DNA of 64,000 bases from the NCBI RefSeq assembly GCF_001194135.2, contig NC_068984.1, positions 98,886,297 through 98,950,296 on the forward strand, written 5' to 3'. The stretch comes from Octopus bimaculoides (lineage: Eukaryota). A program made the position numbers and the translations under genes. Every line of letters starts with the position of its first letter. Positions within the stretch are counted from its first letter, which is position 1. The notes beneath the pieces were generated by a model that saw only the letters and a program-made list of their open reading frames with translations, had not been told where the DNA came from and searched no databases. This document shows positions 1 to 13,040 of the stretch, piece by piece.

Positions 1-300
1 TACATATACATTTCTCTCTCTGAAACCATTAAAGTGAAAGTATCTGTCATTACAGTATCGAAATGTGATTGTTTCAGTTAGTGGAATAGTTTCATTTTTA
101 AAGTGAAAGTATTTGACATGAGTGTTTTTGTTTCACTTTTGATACGTAATACTTAAATAGTGGAGGAGATATTATGTTGCTGTGGGCTCGAACTATGCAA
201 GAAGTTAAAAATTGTTTTTGACTAAAACACAACTGGAACCCTAAGTAAGGCATGTGTAAAATTTGAATGAAATTGGTTGCGTAGTTCTCAAATTTTAGGG

Positions 301-341
<41 letters not shown>

Positions 342-384
342 TTCTCATTTTTATATATATAGATATATATATATAAAATGCATA

Positions 385-726
385 TACATCATCATCATCA
401 TATGTCCATTCTCCATGCTGGTATAAGTTGGACAGTTGGACAAGAGCTAACCAGCTGAAGGGCTGTTCAGGTTCCCTGACTGTTTTGGCATGGTGTCTAT
501 GGCTGGATGCCTTCCTAATGCCAACCACTTTATAGTATGTACTGGGTACTCTCACACAGCACTGGCACAGGTGCTTTTTATGTAGCACCGGCACCTACAA
601 GCCTATGAGATTAAGGATGCTCAGCTAGCAATGGTTACAGGGGGAAAGCCTGTATGCAAGAACAATCATGCTTTTACTTAGTTAGACGTGATTTTTCAAG
701 CACAGCAAAGCACCAGGAGTCTCAGT

Positions 727-757
<31 letters not shown>

Positions 758-1010
758 CTATTACCTTTTATTTTTTACTTGTTTCAGTCATTAGACTGCG
801 GCCATGCTAGAGCACTGCCTTGAAGAATTTCTAGTCAAATGAATCGACCACAGTACCTAATTCTTTTGCTAAGCTTGGTACTTATTCTATCAGTCTCTTT
901 TGTCAAACCACTAAGTTATGAGGACGTAAACACATCAACACCAGTTGTCAAGTGTTGGTGGTGGTGGTAGTGGGGTGGGGGTGGGGCAGACATAGACACA
1001 ACGATTCACC
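385..1010 (-). mobile_element. RTE-tail repeat (385-720) plus SINE A 3' half (760-1010)
   Basis: catcatcat...ggctggatgccttcctaatgccaacc and ttttacttgtttcagtc...ttattctatcagtctctttt blocks. Confidence 0.65.
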
Positions 1011-1046
<36 letters not shown>

Positions 1047-1620
1047 NNNNNNNNNNNNNNNNNNNNNNNNNNNNNNNNNNNNNNNNNNNNNNNNNNNNNN
1101 NNNNNNNNNNNNNNNNNNNNNNNNNNNNNNNNNNNNNNNNNNNNNNNNNNNNNNNNNNNNNNNNNNNNNNNNNNNNNNNNNNNNNNNNNNNNNNNNNNNN
1201 NNNNNNNNNNNNNNNNNNNNNNNNNNNNNNNNNNNNNNNNNNNNNNNNNNNNNNNNNNNNNNNNNNNNNNNNNNNNNNNNNNNNNNNNNNNNNNNNNNNN
1301 NNNNNNNNNNNNNNNNNNNNNNNNNNNNNNNNNNNNNNNNNNNNNNNNNNNNNNNNNNNNNNNNNNNNNNNNNNNNNNNNNNNNNNNNNNNNNNNNNNNN
1401 NNNNNNNNNNNNNNNNNNNNNNNNNNNNNNNNNNNNNNNNNNNNNNNNNNNNNNNNNNNNNNNNNNNNNNNNNNNNNNNNNNNNNNNNNNNNNNNNNNNN
1501 NNNNNNNNNNNNNNNNNNNNNNNNNNNNNNNNNNNNNNNNNNNNNNNNNNNNNNNNNNNNNNNNNNNNNNNNNNNNNNNNNNNNNNNNNNNNNNNNNNNN
1601 NNNNNNNNNNNNNNNNNNNN

Positions 1621-1905
1621 GTGCCACTGGACTGGCTCCTGTGCGGGTGGCATGTAAAATACACCATTTTGAGCATGGCCATTGCCAGTACCGCCTGACT
1701 GGCCTTCGTGCCGGTGGCACGTAAAAGCACCCACTACACTCTCTGAGTGGTTGGCATTAGGAAGGGCATCCAGCTGTAGAAACTGCTAAATCAGATTGGA
1801 GCCTGGTGTAGCCATCTGGTTCATGAGTCCTCAGTCAAATCGTCCAACCCATGCTAGCATGGAAAGCGGACGTTAAACGATGATGATAATGATGATGATG
1901 ATGAT
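1621..1905 (+). mobile_element. RTE-tail SINE 3' part
   Basis: gagtggttggcattaggaagggcatccagc...cccatgctagcatggaaagcggacgttaaacgatgatgat; the same block occurs at 29140 and 49575. Confidence 0.75.
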
Positions 1906-2491
1906 ACACACACACACACACATATATATATATAAGTACTAAGGGTAAAGATTATTATTAAAAAAGGACAATTTATATCAGTGGCCAACATGCATAAAAA
2001 AACGTTCAAGGACTTCAAATTATATTCAAATATAAGAGGAAAGCCAATAAGTGCTTTCCTTACATGCTGAAAGTAGATGCCAAATTGTCTAACCATGAAA
2101 AATGCATTCTCATTTTACAGCACATTGGATGAACTTGTACAAGACACTATGAAAAGATATAAAAGGACCAGTCAATTCCATACTTCGAAGTTTCACCATT
2201 AATAATTAAACAATTATCTGTGGATATTCAAGGGAATCTGCTGGGGACACATAGTAATAGAACTCGAGTACATACCATTTCTGTGGGAGGACACATGTGC
2301 ATATAGAGTTCCACCATTATACATCATGTGTTCAATTCGAATGTCTTCAACCACTGCACCAATTCAGAATAAATCAGCAGTGAATTACCTGACTTGAGAA
2401 CTAAAATATTTTATAATATAAGTTCTAAGGGTATAAATTATTATTACAACATTGTGTCTCCATTGGATTCCACTGAAGATCTACAGATAAA

Positions 2492-2524
<33 letters not shown>

Positions 2525-2929
2525 NNNNNNNNNNNNNNNNNNNNNNNNNNNNNNNNNNNNNNNNNNNNNNNNNNNNNNNNNNNNNNNNNNNNNNNNNNNN
2601 NNNNNNNNNNNNNNNNNNNNNNNNNNNNNNNNNNNNNNNNNNNNNNNNNNNNNNNNNNNNNNNNNNNNNNNNNNNNNNNNNNNNNNNNNNNNNNNNNNNN
2701 NNNNNNNNNNNNNNNNNNNNNNNNNNNNNNNNNNNNNNNNNNNNNNNNNNNNNNNNNNNNNNNNNNNNNNNNNNNNNNNNNNNNNNNNNNNNNNNNNNNN
2801 NNNNNNNNNNNNNNNNNNNNNNNNNNNNNNNNNNNNNNNNNNNNNNNNNNNNNNNNNNNNNNATACATACAAACACACACACACAAACATATAGATATAT
2901 GTATATATATATATATATACAGACATATA

Positions 2930-4500
2930 TGTATATGGACATGAACTCAACTGCTGGTCCTGATGGTTTCCCAGCAATCCTCCTCAAATCATGTAAGTGT
3001 GTCCTAGCAAAACCCCTCCAGATTCTCTTCCAGAGCTTTTTCACAAATGGCAGACTGCCAAGCAAGCTGAAAAAGTGAATAATATGTCCAATTCATAAAG
3101 GGGGAAGCAGAGCAGATGCCAAAAACTATAGGCCTATCTCTCTGACTTCACACATCAGCGAAGTCATGGAATGGATAGTCAGAGGGAAACTAATCACATT
3201 CCTCGAAGAAAATAACTCGCTGAGTGATACCCAGCATGGCTTTCGACCAGGTAGGAGCTGCCTGACACAGCTCTTACAACATTATGACTGGGTGTTGAGG
3301 CAGTTACTCAACAACTCAAATATGGATGTAATATACCTTGATTTTGCAAAAGCTTTTGACAAAGTGGGTCATGGTGTGATATGCCACAAACTGCGTGATC
3401 TCGGCATAGCTGGAAAACTTGGAGAGTGGTTACGTAACTTTCTGAAAGATAGAAGTCAAGCAGTAGTGGCCAATAGAGCCACCTCAATGTAAACACACAG
3501 GGCACTGTCTTGGGACCACTGATTTTCATAGTGGCCCTCTAAAATATGCCCTCAACTGCCCAGATAGCCACCCTTGCTAGCTATGCAGATGATATGAAAG
3601 TCTCGCAGAAAATCCAGAACCCCAGCGATGTTACATATCTGCAGCAGGAGTTGGACTCAGTTTACAGATGGGCTGAGGATAATAATATGCAGTTTAATAC
3701 TGAAAAATTCCGAGCCCTGCGCTACCACCATCCAAAACTGAATATGAAACTTACAGGGTACACTGGTCCACACGGAATTACAATCACAGAGCCTAAATCA
3801 GTGAGGGACCTGGGTATTGACATGAGAGATGATACCTCTTTCCACGTGCACATTACCAGGCTAGCGACAAAGTACAGATAACTGGCTGGCTGGATCCTGA
3901 GAACATTAAGAACCAGAGATAAGGAAACCATGATGCTCCTCTGGAGGACATTTGTCCTCTGCTGCCTGGATTACTGCTCCCAGTTATGGTCACCCAACAG
4001 TGTAAAATTAACAGCAGATCTTGAAGCAATTCAGTGAAGCTTCACAAAGAAGATCGTCTCATTGCAACAGCTCCGCTACTGAGAAAGGCTGAAACAGCTA
4101 AGACTCAACTCCCTGGAGAGAAGGCGGGAGAGGTATGCAGTAATATACATCTGTAAGATCCTGGAAGGAATTGTGCCAAATTTTGGCATTGAAAGCTACA
4201 CCAATGCCAGAATGGGTCGACACTGCATAGTGCCAAAGATTCCAGCAATGCTGTCACACTTCAGGACCAGTTACTGCAATAGCCTGGGTTTCAGGGGCCC
4301 ACAGCTTTTTAATATTCTCTCAAAGAGCCTGAGGAACCGGTACAAAGTAGATGTAGGCATTTTTAAATGAAGGCTGGACCTCTTCCTGTCGAGAGTCCCA
4401 GATGAACCTACCTCATGACAAGAGGTGCAAATGAGGGTAGCTACATCAAACTCCATTCTTCACCAAGTGCCACATATTGGAAGAGGCTCTCAGTAATAAC
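2930..4500 (+). mobile_element. 5'-truncated, degenerate CR1/L2-group LINE (RT and C-terminal region)
   Basis: Reads AGPDGFP..., KNYRPISLTS, QHGFRPGRSC, DVIYLDFAKAFDKV, SYADDMK, DLGID, GPQLFN and LDLFLSRVPDEP across several stops and frameshifts. Confidence 0.92.
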
Positions 4501-4593
4501 AGTGTAGCAAAACAGCAGTGCATCAGCATGGCCACGGCTCTGAGCTGTTTTTTTTCTGATATCATCATAAAACGGTAATTAAAATTCATTGAA

Positions 4594-4701
4594 ATGACAG
4601 ATCTATTGGACTTTCAAAGCGGTCAAATTGTTGGTGCTTGTATGGCAGGTGCTAGCATAATGAAAACAGCTGAAATGTTTGGTGTATCAAGAAGTACTGT
4701 C
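4594..4701 (+). mobile_element. Tc1 transposase N-terminal fragment
   Basis: Translates MTDLLDFQSGQIVGACMAGASIMKTAEMFGVSRSTV, a Tc1 paired-like HTH start. Confidence 0.75.
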
Positions 4702-4857
4702 ACTCATCAGACAGTAGTCATACTGGGGCACTGCCTTGAAGAATTTTTAGTTCAATGAATTGACCCCAATACTTATTTTTTAACATGTGTAGGTGTGTGT
4801 GTGTGTTAGTGTGTGTTCAGGTATGTGTGTGTACGTGTGTGTCTGAGTATGTGTGTA

Positions 4858-4904
<47 letters not shown>

Positions 4905-5728
4905 AAAATGGAAATAGATTGATAGATATACATTTATACATGCACATCCCCTCCCCCCACACCCATCAGTGGCAGGGATATTACAGAAATATAAGCTGCA
5001 ATTGGTTTATGAGAATAACTACATTGATAAAATATTTATAGCAAGGATATTTTCTATAAATTACTATGATATGATGTAAGCATTTTATGATATCAAACTC
5101 ATAAAATATCACTAGCAGTGATATTTGGCTATGAAATATTTATAATAACACTATAATTGTTTTTTATGAAAGCTCTGTGGTAAAATATCAGATAGAAGTA
5201 ATGTTTATATATAACAATATTCCATAGCTGTTTATGATAACAATATTGTGGAGGCAGCAAAGATATTTTTTTTATAAAATATAGCAAAATGTAATAAATG
5301 TTTTACATGATAAACACAGTGTTTTATATGGCAGGATGTCAGATGGTAATAATATTTCTATAAATTAATGTGATGCTGTAAAATCAACTTCTTTAGAATA
5401 TTTATGTAAAAGAAATATGGGTACTGGTATGGATGGGAGACAGAAATCTGAAGGGAGCATGTCATACATGTGTGTGTGTGTGTGTGCGTGTGTCTGTCTT
5501 GACATCGGTTAAACATCATCAAACATCACCATTAAAATTCATCATCAAACATTAGCATCATACAAGCAATGATGATTGTTTGCAGTCTTCTTCTGTGAAA
5601 ACATGTCCAGCCACTTTGCTGGTTGTGTTTGAAAGATTGGGAAAAATATTGGTTTCAAATTTTGGCAAAAGGCCACAATTTCAAGAGAGCAGGGAAAGTC
5701 GATTCTGCCAGTTCCCTGCCTTGGACGT

Positions 5729-5968
5729 TTTATCTTTTACCTTTTACTTGTTTCAGTCAGTAGACTGTGGCTATGCTGGGGCACTGTTTTGAGGAATTTT
5801 TTAATTGACCTAATTGATGCCAGTTCTTATTTTCTTTTTAAGCCTGATACTTATTCTATAGGTCTCTTTTGCCAAACCACTAAGTTATGTAAACACACCA
5901 ACACCAGTTGTCAAGCAGTGGTGGGGGACAAAGACAACTCACACACGAGCATACACACACACATGCGC

Positions 5969-6004
<36 letters not shown>

Positions 6005-6153
6005 GCAACAATCTTCCTTCAGTTTCTGTCTACCAAATCCACTCACAAAGCTTTGCTTTTGTAGAAGACACTTGCCCAAGGCATCACGCAGTGGGACTGA
6101 ACCCAGAACCATTTAGTTGGGAAGCAAACCTCTTACCATACAGCCATGTGCTT
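5729..6153 (-). mobile_element. tRNA-derived SINE (family A)
   Basis: Reverse complement of the family consensus inferred from the other copies. Confidence 0.8.
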
Positions 6154-6743
6154 GAAAACAGGTGAGGATTAGTACCAGCAAGAACATCCAGCGGTAGAAA
6201 ATCTGCCTCAGCAAATTTCATCTTTTCCGTGTAAGCATGTGGAACTAGATTTTAAAAACCAATGATGATAATTTATATAAAATATTGTGAAATTCTGTTT
6301 AATTGTTTCCATGATAAACTGTGTTGTGATGGTATCAGATGGAAGGTGATATTTGTATAAAATATGATATTTGATAATTGTTTTATGATAACAACACAAT
6401 ATCAGTGATAATGATATTTTTATAACAAAACTGAAATGAAATAATTGTTGTGTTCTATAGATGTGCTATAATTGTTTTATAATAATGTTATTATGGAATA
6501 TCAGTTGAATCTAATGCTTTCTCAGAATATCACCTTATATTGTAACTGGTTTACTGAAAGAACTTTTATGTGGCTACTTGGCCTGCTGGAAATAACAACC
6601 AAATCTCCATCAAATCGTATACTATTGCCTTAAGTAGGGTATGTAAGAGGACAACACTGGATAAGGTTGTCCTCTTATATGCCCATAAAAAAGGTAGGAC
6701 AGTCATGACTGGAACGCCTTTAATCTTAGGTCTGCTCAATCAG

Positions 6744-6958
6744 TTAACCCTTTAGCATTCGGATTATTCTGTCAAATGTAATGCTTATTTATTTGCATTC
6801 TTTTGAATTTATTATGCCTTATCTCATAACTTCAAGAGGTTGGTGATGTGATTGTTCATTTTAAGAATGACATTGTTGCATAAATGTAAAAGTCTGGATC
6901 TTGCTGGTTTGAACATAAAATAGGGAGAATATTTGAACTGGATATGGTTGGTTTAAAT
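6744..6958. mobile_element. TTAA-ended MITE (ttaaccctttagcattc... family), interrupted at its right end by a hAT MITE
   Basis: Same family as the copies at 51638 and 62293. Confidence 0.7.
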
Positions 6959-7297
6959 CAGAGGTTCTCAAACTGTTTCCCCCCCCCCCCATGACCACAT
7001 AATACCCTCAGCACCCCGACCTCTATTTTTATGTATAAATAAATATTTTATATTTTACTAATTTACATATACTATGAATCATTTGATATTTAATATAATA
7101 TTATATAATTTGTATACAATAGTAAAATACTATTATAATAAATTCATGGCGTCCCCCAATCCACTGCCTTCCTCTCAATGCCTCCTTTTCTCTACCGCCC
7201 CTCACCCCCACACCAACCACCCCCTTAGACACCAGCGCCCACCTGGACCCTTTCAACTCCTACTGGGGGGCAGTAGCACCCACTTTGAGATCCTATG
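6959..7297. mobile_element. hAT (Charlie-like) MITE
   Basis: TIRs cagaggttctcaaa / tttgagatcctatg; exact 8-bp TSD gtttaaat at 6951-6958 and 7298-7305. Confidence 0.85.
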
Positions 7298-7454
7298 GTT
7301 TAAATGGTCAATTGTAAAGCAATGACACCACCAACAGTTTTGTGATGAGATTTTCTCTTAAATGGTCCAGGTAGGAAGAAATGGTTTTATCCAAGGCTAC
7401 CTTTATAACCCACTAAGACCTGTGGAATGGCATTCTGAGAAGGAAAGATTAAAT

Positions 7455-7910
7455 ATAGAAGTGGTGGTAGTGGTAGTGGAGCTGGTTGGAGTAGTGTTGT
7501 AGTAGTGGTAATAGTAGCATAAATAGTGGAAGTATTGGTGGTGGTAGTGGTACTGATAGTATGAGCACTGGTAGTGATGGTGGTAATGGTGGTGGTGGTT
7601 GTAGCGATACTGATATTGGTTATAGTAGCTATAGTGGTGGTGGTGGAGAGGCTGGATGGAGTGGTAGTAGTGTTGGTTGGAGATGATACATGTGGTTGTT
7701 TTGGGAGCAGAGAATGATGTTGGTTGTGGTGGTAGTGGAAGTGATAATAGCAGCTGTGCTATGTGGTGTAGTTGTTGTTGTTGTTGCTCTTGTTTATGTT
7801 GTAATTCAATGGTAATTGGAGAGAGTTGACTCTGTTGTTGCACAATGATTTCATAGTTATCTTATATAGTTGTTCCCATTTATACTACTACTACTACTAC
7901 TACTACTATT
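7455..7910. repeat. Degenerate (GGT/GTA/GTT)n and (CTA)n trinucleotide low-complexity tract
   Basis: Directly visible; it produces the spurious Gln/His/Thr-rich ORF. Confidence 0.85.
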
Positions 7911-8075
7911 TTAATTTTCTTTCCCTTTGGCACAAAACTGGAAATAATATCTCGCAACTGGATACCAGAACATGAAATATAAAAGAATTTGATTACCCAA
8001 GGCCTCAAATTTTACAGTGCAAAGATCAGTGAGATTAAAGTATAATTATTGTTGTTGTTGTCATTATTATTACTA

Positions 8076-11000
8076 CTAGCAAATCTACTCATCTATGATG
8101 GAGGCATAAAATGAGAGAGGGAAATCATAGAAACGGTATATATTGAAAAATGTGTAAATGGATTTTGATATCAATAAGATTACAAAACATCTTTGATATT
8201 TTGTGTGTGGTTGACACTAATTTTCAAATTACTGGAGTCCATGGCTCTATTCATAGCGACATATAACTGGCCATGTGTAAACATTGGAGTGGGTAAAAAT
8301 ACACCTACATGATCTAAAGTCTGGCTCTGTGCCTTGTTTGCTGTGAATGAGAATGCCAGTTTTATAGGAAACTACCTGTGTCTTAATTGGAACAGAAACT
8401 GGTTATCAGTTGGTATAAGGGGTATCCGTGGAATGAACAGGTGTTTACCATTGTGGGGGCCAGTTGCAATCACTACTTCAATAACGTTAGAATTTAGTTC
8501 TGCTACCGTGTATCTTGTTCCGTTGCAGTACCCATTGGCTGGATCAAAATTCCTAAGGAGCATTATCAGACAGTTCGTTTTCAATTTGATTTTATGGAGT
8601 GGCAATCCCGATGGATTTAAGTTGTTCAAGAAATCCTGTGGGTGTTGATGGTAGTTTTCATCATCTATTGTATCTGAACTACAGTACCCTCAATTTTCCT
8701 CAGGGAAGTTGCTAACTATGTGCTCATTCACACTGTTTACCACTTCATTAGTTGAGGTGATGATGCGATTTTGTAGTTTTCATTTAAATCGTTATAGACG
8801 AATTTGCATATTTCAAAAATAGATGACGTTTTGAGTACAAAATATGGCCTAATTCAAATTACATTCCTCAGTGGGTCAGAGAACAATCATTGTCTGGAAC
8901 TGATGTCGCTTAAATAGGTTGTGAAAGTTGCATCTGAAGAATTTCATACCCTTATGTTTTTCTTTAGACTCAACTCCATCACAGACCTCCAGATGTACTA
9001 TGTTTCCAAGGTGGCTTGCATTATTTGGGCTCAACTACTGCATTTCATTTAACAACAGGTAGAATCTGCTCCCAGTTGCCTACAAAAAGAACACGTACTC
9101 CACCAAACAGGGATTCATTCATTCTGATATCGTATAGGGAAAGATCCACAGATTCGTATATGAGCTTGTTGCCTTTGCAGACTTCATCAACTATTATTAG
9201 ACTGGGCATTCTGAAGAGTTACGCAGTTGCATCCCGAGATGACACATTACAGCAAGACTCTGGTGTTATGTTTATGGGCACTTTGAACCGAGAATGAAAT
9301 GTCCGGCCAGTCATCATCATCATCATTATTCAGCAATATTGCTGCAATCCCAGATAGAGCTGTGGCGAGTACGATTTTTTTCTCCGAACAGAGAAAATCT
9401 ATGGTGGCATTGATAAGATATGTTTTACTGGTTCCACCACTCATGCTCAAGATGAAAATTAGTTTGGTTGATGGCATCAAGCAACCCTGAGAATTTTTCT
9501 GCTCTGATTGTTGTTTTATGGAGTTCCACCCACCTTAGGCTGCTCCGTTCTACTTTTGCCCACTGATCTACAGCATATTGCTGTAATAGTTTTCTACTTC
9601 TCATGATATGATTAACCAAATTAGTTCTTACCTGCAGGTGCTAAGTGTAAAAATTCATAGTTATTAATGTTTCTCCATTTGATTTCTTTATATTAAGCTG
9701 CCAACTGCCTGTTCCCTCCGGTAGTTGCAGAATATAATGCAGCAGATTGTACAATCAATGGATAGAGTTTATTCACGGAACATGTTCCTTATGACAGTAT
9801 ATGATGACATCTAAAGGGGTTTTGATATCACCCTGAACCAAAGCAGTCACCTATGAATTCATAGGCAAATTGCACTGGTGACAGTGAACCTGAGATGGTT
9901 TGAGCTTTATGTCATGGTATAGAAAGATCAAAATATCCTCAGTTGCCGAAAGTTCTATTGCAGTTTGAAATGATGCTACGTATGGATTTACTTGCCAAAT
10001 ATCACCTTGTAGTTTCGTCAATATATCTACCTGTAGATCATTCATGTTTCATTTGATTTTTGGTATCATGGTGTGTATCAAAGAAGTACAGCTGTGCAAA
10101 TGATGGCAGTTGCTTGGCATCTGGCAGTAAACTTCCAATGGTGTGATACACTTTACCTTGGATTTTAAATGTGGGAATAAATCCAGTTATCGAGGTGTCA
10201 ACAACACAACCAATGGATGCAAATGTGAGTGCATTATTATAAGCTCAAATATTTGTTATGAAATTGTTATTGTTCCATAATGACACAATGTCTGCTGACA
10301 AATTGGGGATTGATTACAGCTGAACTTTACCATTTTCACAACAGAGGGAAAGTGGTTCTGCTGGTCAGTACTTTGAATTACAATGTGGGTATATATTATC
10401 TCCTAAGCTGCTGCAGTAGTGAGAACGGTATAATAACAGAATGTTACTTTCGATAACGTTTTCCTGCATCGCTATCAATTTGTAATCTGTAATCCGTTCA
10501 TTGTCATGTTCAACGAGAGAAATGCTTACCAAGGCATTATTTTCCACTAGTACTTGCACTTGTCTTGGTTTTTGATGAGCTAAAGTGTTCCTTATCTGTT
10601 CCGAAGCTCTCATTTGAGGATTTCTCTGTGTTATTTGGCAAGCTAGTATATTCCTGCTCAGTTCTAGTGCTCTCACTTCTGTATCACGGTGAATTCTAGG
10701 AGCTTCCGTCTCCTTTTTCTGTTGGGCTTGTCTGTATTCACTGTTAGATTGTCTCTTACTTTATATAGCAGCAGCTTTCCTGGCAGTCCTACCAGTTCTT
10801 GATTTCCAGTTCCAGGTCATAATGGTGTGGAACAAAGGAAAATTTAATAAAGTATTACACAACTTTATGCATACAATTGTTATTGACAAAATTCATAGTA
10901 GTCATACACCGATTAAAGATGAGCCAAAGCCATCACAATCATTCCTTAATAAAGTTTATGGCATAATTCAGTGGAGAAGTTAATTTAATTTACTTCCCAT

Positions 11001-11230
11001 TGCTTCTTTTATTTGGAGTCATCTCCCCTTAATTTTTATTTACGTTTTGTATACCCATAAACTGAACAATTACCTTCAATATCCATGAAGTGATCATACT
11101 TTTTTCATATTTTTTATGCTAAAAACCTACCTGATTATCTCCTTCGTAATCCTGAAAAACATTGTGACCATAGGTCCAGCTGTTTGACTGTCAGAAGGGT
11201 ACAGACAGACATTACACTCATTATAGTATG

Positions 11231-11231
<1 letters not shown>
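8076..11231 (-). mobile_element. Internally deleted Helitron with both termini
   Basis: On the minus strand the 5' end is A|TCATACTATAATG... (11231) and the 3' end is ...CTAG|T (8076), with an imperfect hairpin about 10 nt before it. Internal fragments include Rep region QQYAVDQWAKVE, Pif1 helicase GGTSKTYL..ATALSGIAAILL, IIVDEV, FGGVRVLF.GNWEQILPVV and NPSGLP.H...RNFDPANGYCNGTR...THGQLYVA. Confidence 0.9.
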
Positions 11232-11265
<34 letters not shown>

Positions 11266-12144
11266 TAAGGTAACAGTTATCAACACACTTTGTTTCCCAG
11301 AAATACTTATAATATCAATGGATTGTTAAATAAACTGGCAAGACCAGACAGCAAAATAAAACAAAAGTAATGTCAGTATTTAGAATACACCACCCAAAAT
11401 CTGACAAAAGTTATGTTTACCATGAATACAAAGAGGTAGAAGCTTGATGCAACTAGAAATTATTATAAAGTACCCACTGTAATATTACAAAAATATCTAG
11501 TAAAAAAAGCAATAGAAAATTATTACAAATAGACTATGAAATGTGAATGAAATACAAAAAGATAAAGCAAGAAAAAAATTTTCTGTTTTCAAGGAATCTA
11601 ACAAATAAAATCCAAAGTCTGAAGTGATAGGCAGTTCTGGTGGGAATAGGGGAGTAACAATAGAAATCAGAAAAAGTTTAAGACTAAGCTACAAAATGGG
11701 ACAACATAATGTCCTGTTAAATCGATGGCAAGAAAAGCTCCTATGTGGTTAATACATCATCACCATCATTATCATCATTGTTGTCATCATTGTCATCATC
11801 TTCCCTGCTACCACTACTGCTATTGTCCTCATCATTATTGTCATTGTAACCATTATCAGCATTTTAACTGAATGCTGTTAACCCATGCAAACATGGAAAA
11901 TCATGTTTGTATGGGTTAACAGGGTTTGTTGAGGCAGATCTTCTATGGTCTGATACCCTTCCTGTTGTCAAACCCCACTTGTTTCCCAGTAAGGTAATAT
12001 TTCTCCATGGCAGGAAATGTTTACACAGGAGACTGGAAACAACAAACACCTCCTGTGTGAGGGTGATGCTTGTTTTATATCTATTGTATGTCAACATAAG
12101 GAGACATATGCACATACACACTAATTAACATATAATATACATAC

Positions 12145-12538
12145 TGCATGGCAAGAAGCTTGCTTCCAAACGACATGGTTCTGTGTCAGTCTCACTCTGT
12201 GGCACCTTGGGTAAATGTCTTCTACTACAGCTTCAGGCTGACCAAAGCCTTGTGAGTGGATTTGATAGGTAGAAAGTGAAAGAAGCCCATCGTATATATA
12301 TATATGTGCATGTCATTATACTTGTCCCCTACCACCACCTGACAATTGGTGTTGGTATGTTTACATCCCTGTAACTTGGTGGTTCAGCAAAATAGAATGA
12401 TAGAATAAGTATCAGGCTTAACAAAAGATAAAATAAGTACTAGGGTCAACTAATTTGACTAAAACTTCTTCAAGGCAGTGCCCCAGTATGGGCACAGTCT
12501 AATGACTAAGATAATTAGAGGATAAAAGACAAAAGATA
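12145..12538 (+). mobile_element. tRNA-derived SINE (family A)
   Basis: Shares ggcaccttggg..gtcttctacta, gagtggatttg, aagtactagggtc and gcagtgccccag blocks with the other copies. Confidence 0.75.
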
Positions 12539-12739
12539 CACACATATATATATATTTTGAACCAGTTTCTTTCAGTTTTCATCTTTCAAATACATAATAA
12601 AATTTGAACTGGGCTGAATGAAATGGTTGCACTAGTCAAGAGATGCATGACTCAAGCCTTCAACTGCAGGATTCTTAATTATGGTACAAAATCATAGCTT
12701 TCCAGAAATTACCAAAAAAAAACAAAACAAAAAAAAATG

Positions 12740-13040
12740 AAACAGAATACAGTATGTAATTGTAGAATATATAGAAGTGGGGAAGTAATAATTGATTACA
12801 TTATTTCCAGCTGCCCAGTCTTAGCCAAGAATGAATACCTCCACAGCCAGAACAGAGTTAAGACTTACGATGGAAATTACATCAATATTATGAAATACCA
12901 AAAGAAAAAAAGGCAGTATAAGTAAACACTAAAATAGATATCAAAGAATGATGAAGTGGTTATACTCTGGGATAGTCATATCCACACAGGCAAGGAGATC
13001 AAAGCTAATTGATCTCAAATTCTTTTAAGAACATAAAAAG
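12740..13040 (+). mobile_element. R4/Dong-type (RLE) non-LTR retrotransposon fragment
   Basis: Reads CR....E.IDYIISSCPVLAKNEY (CCHC-knuckle region), then ILWDSHIHTGKEIKAN (start of the restriction-like endonuclease). Confidence 0.7.

Noticed and set aside
7403-7843. 146-aa Gln/His/Tyr/Thr-rich ORF
   Set aside because: Translation of a degenerate trinucleotide tract; no domain or splice support.
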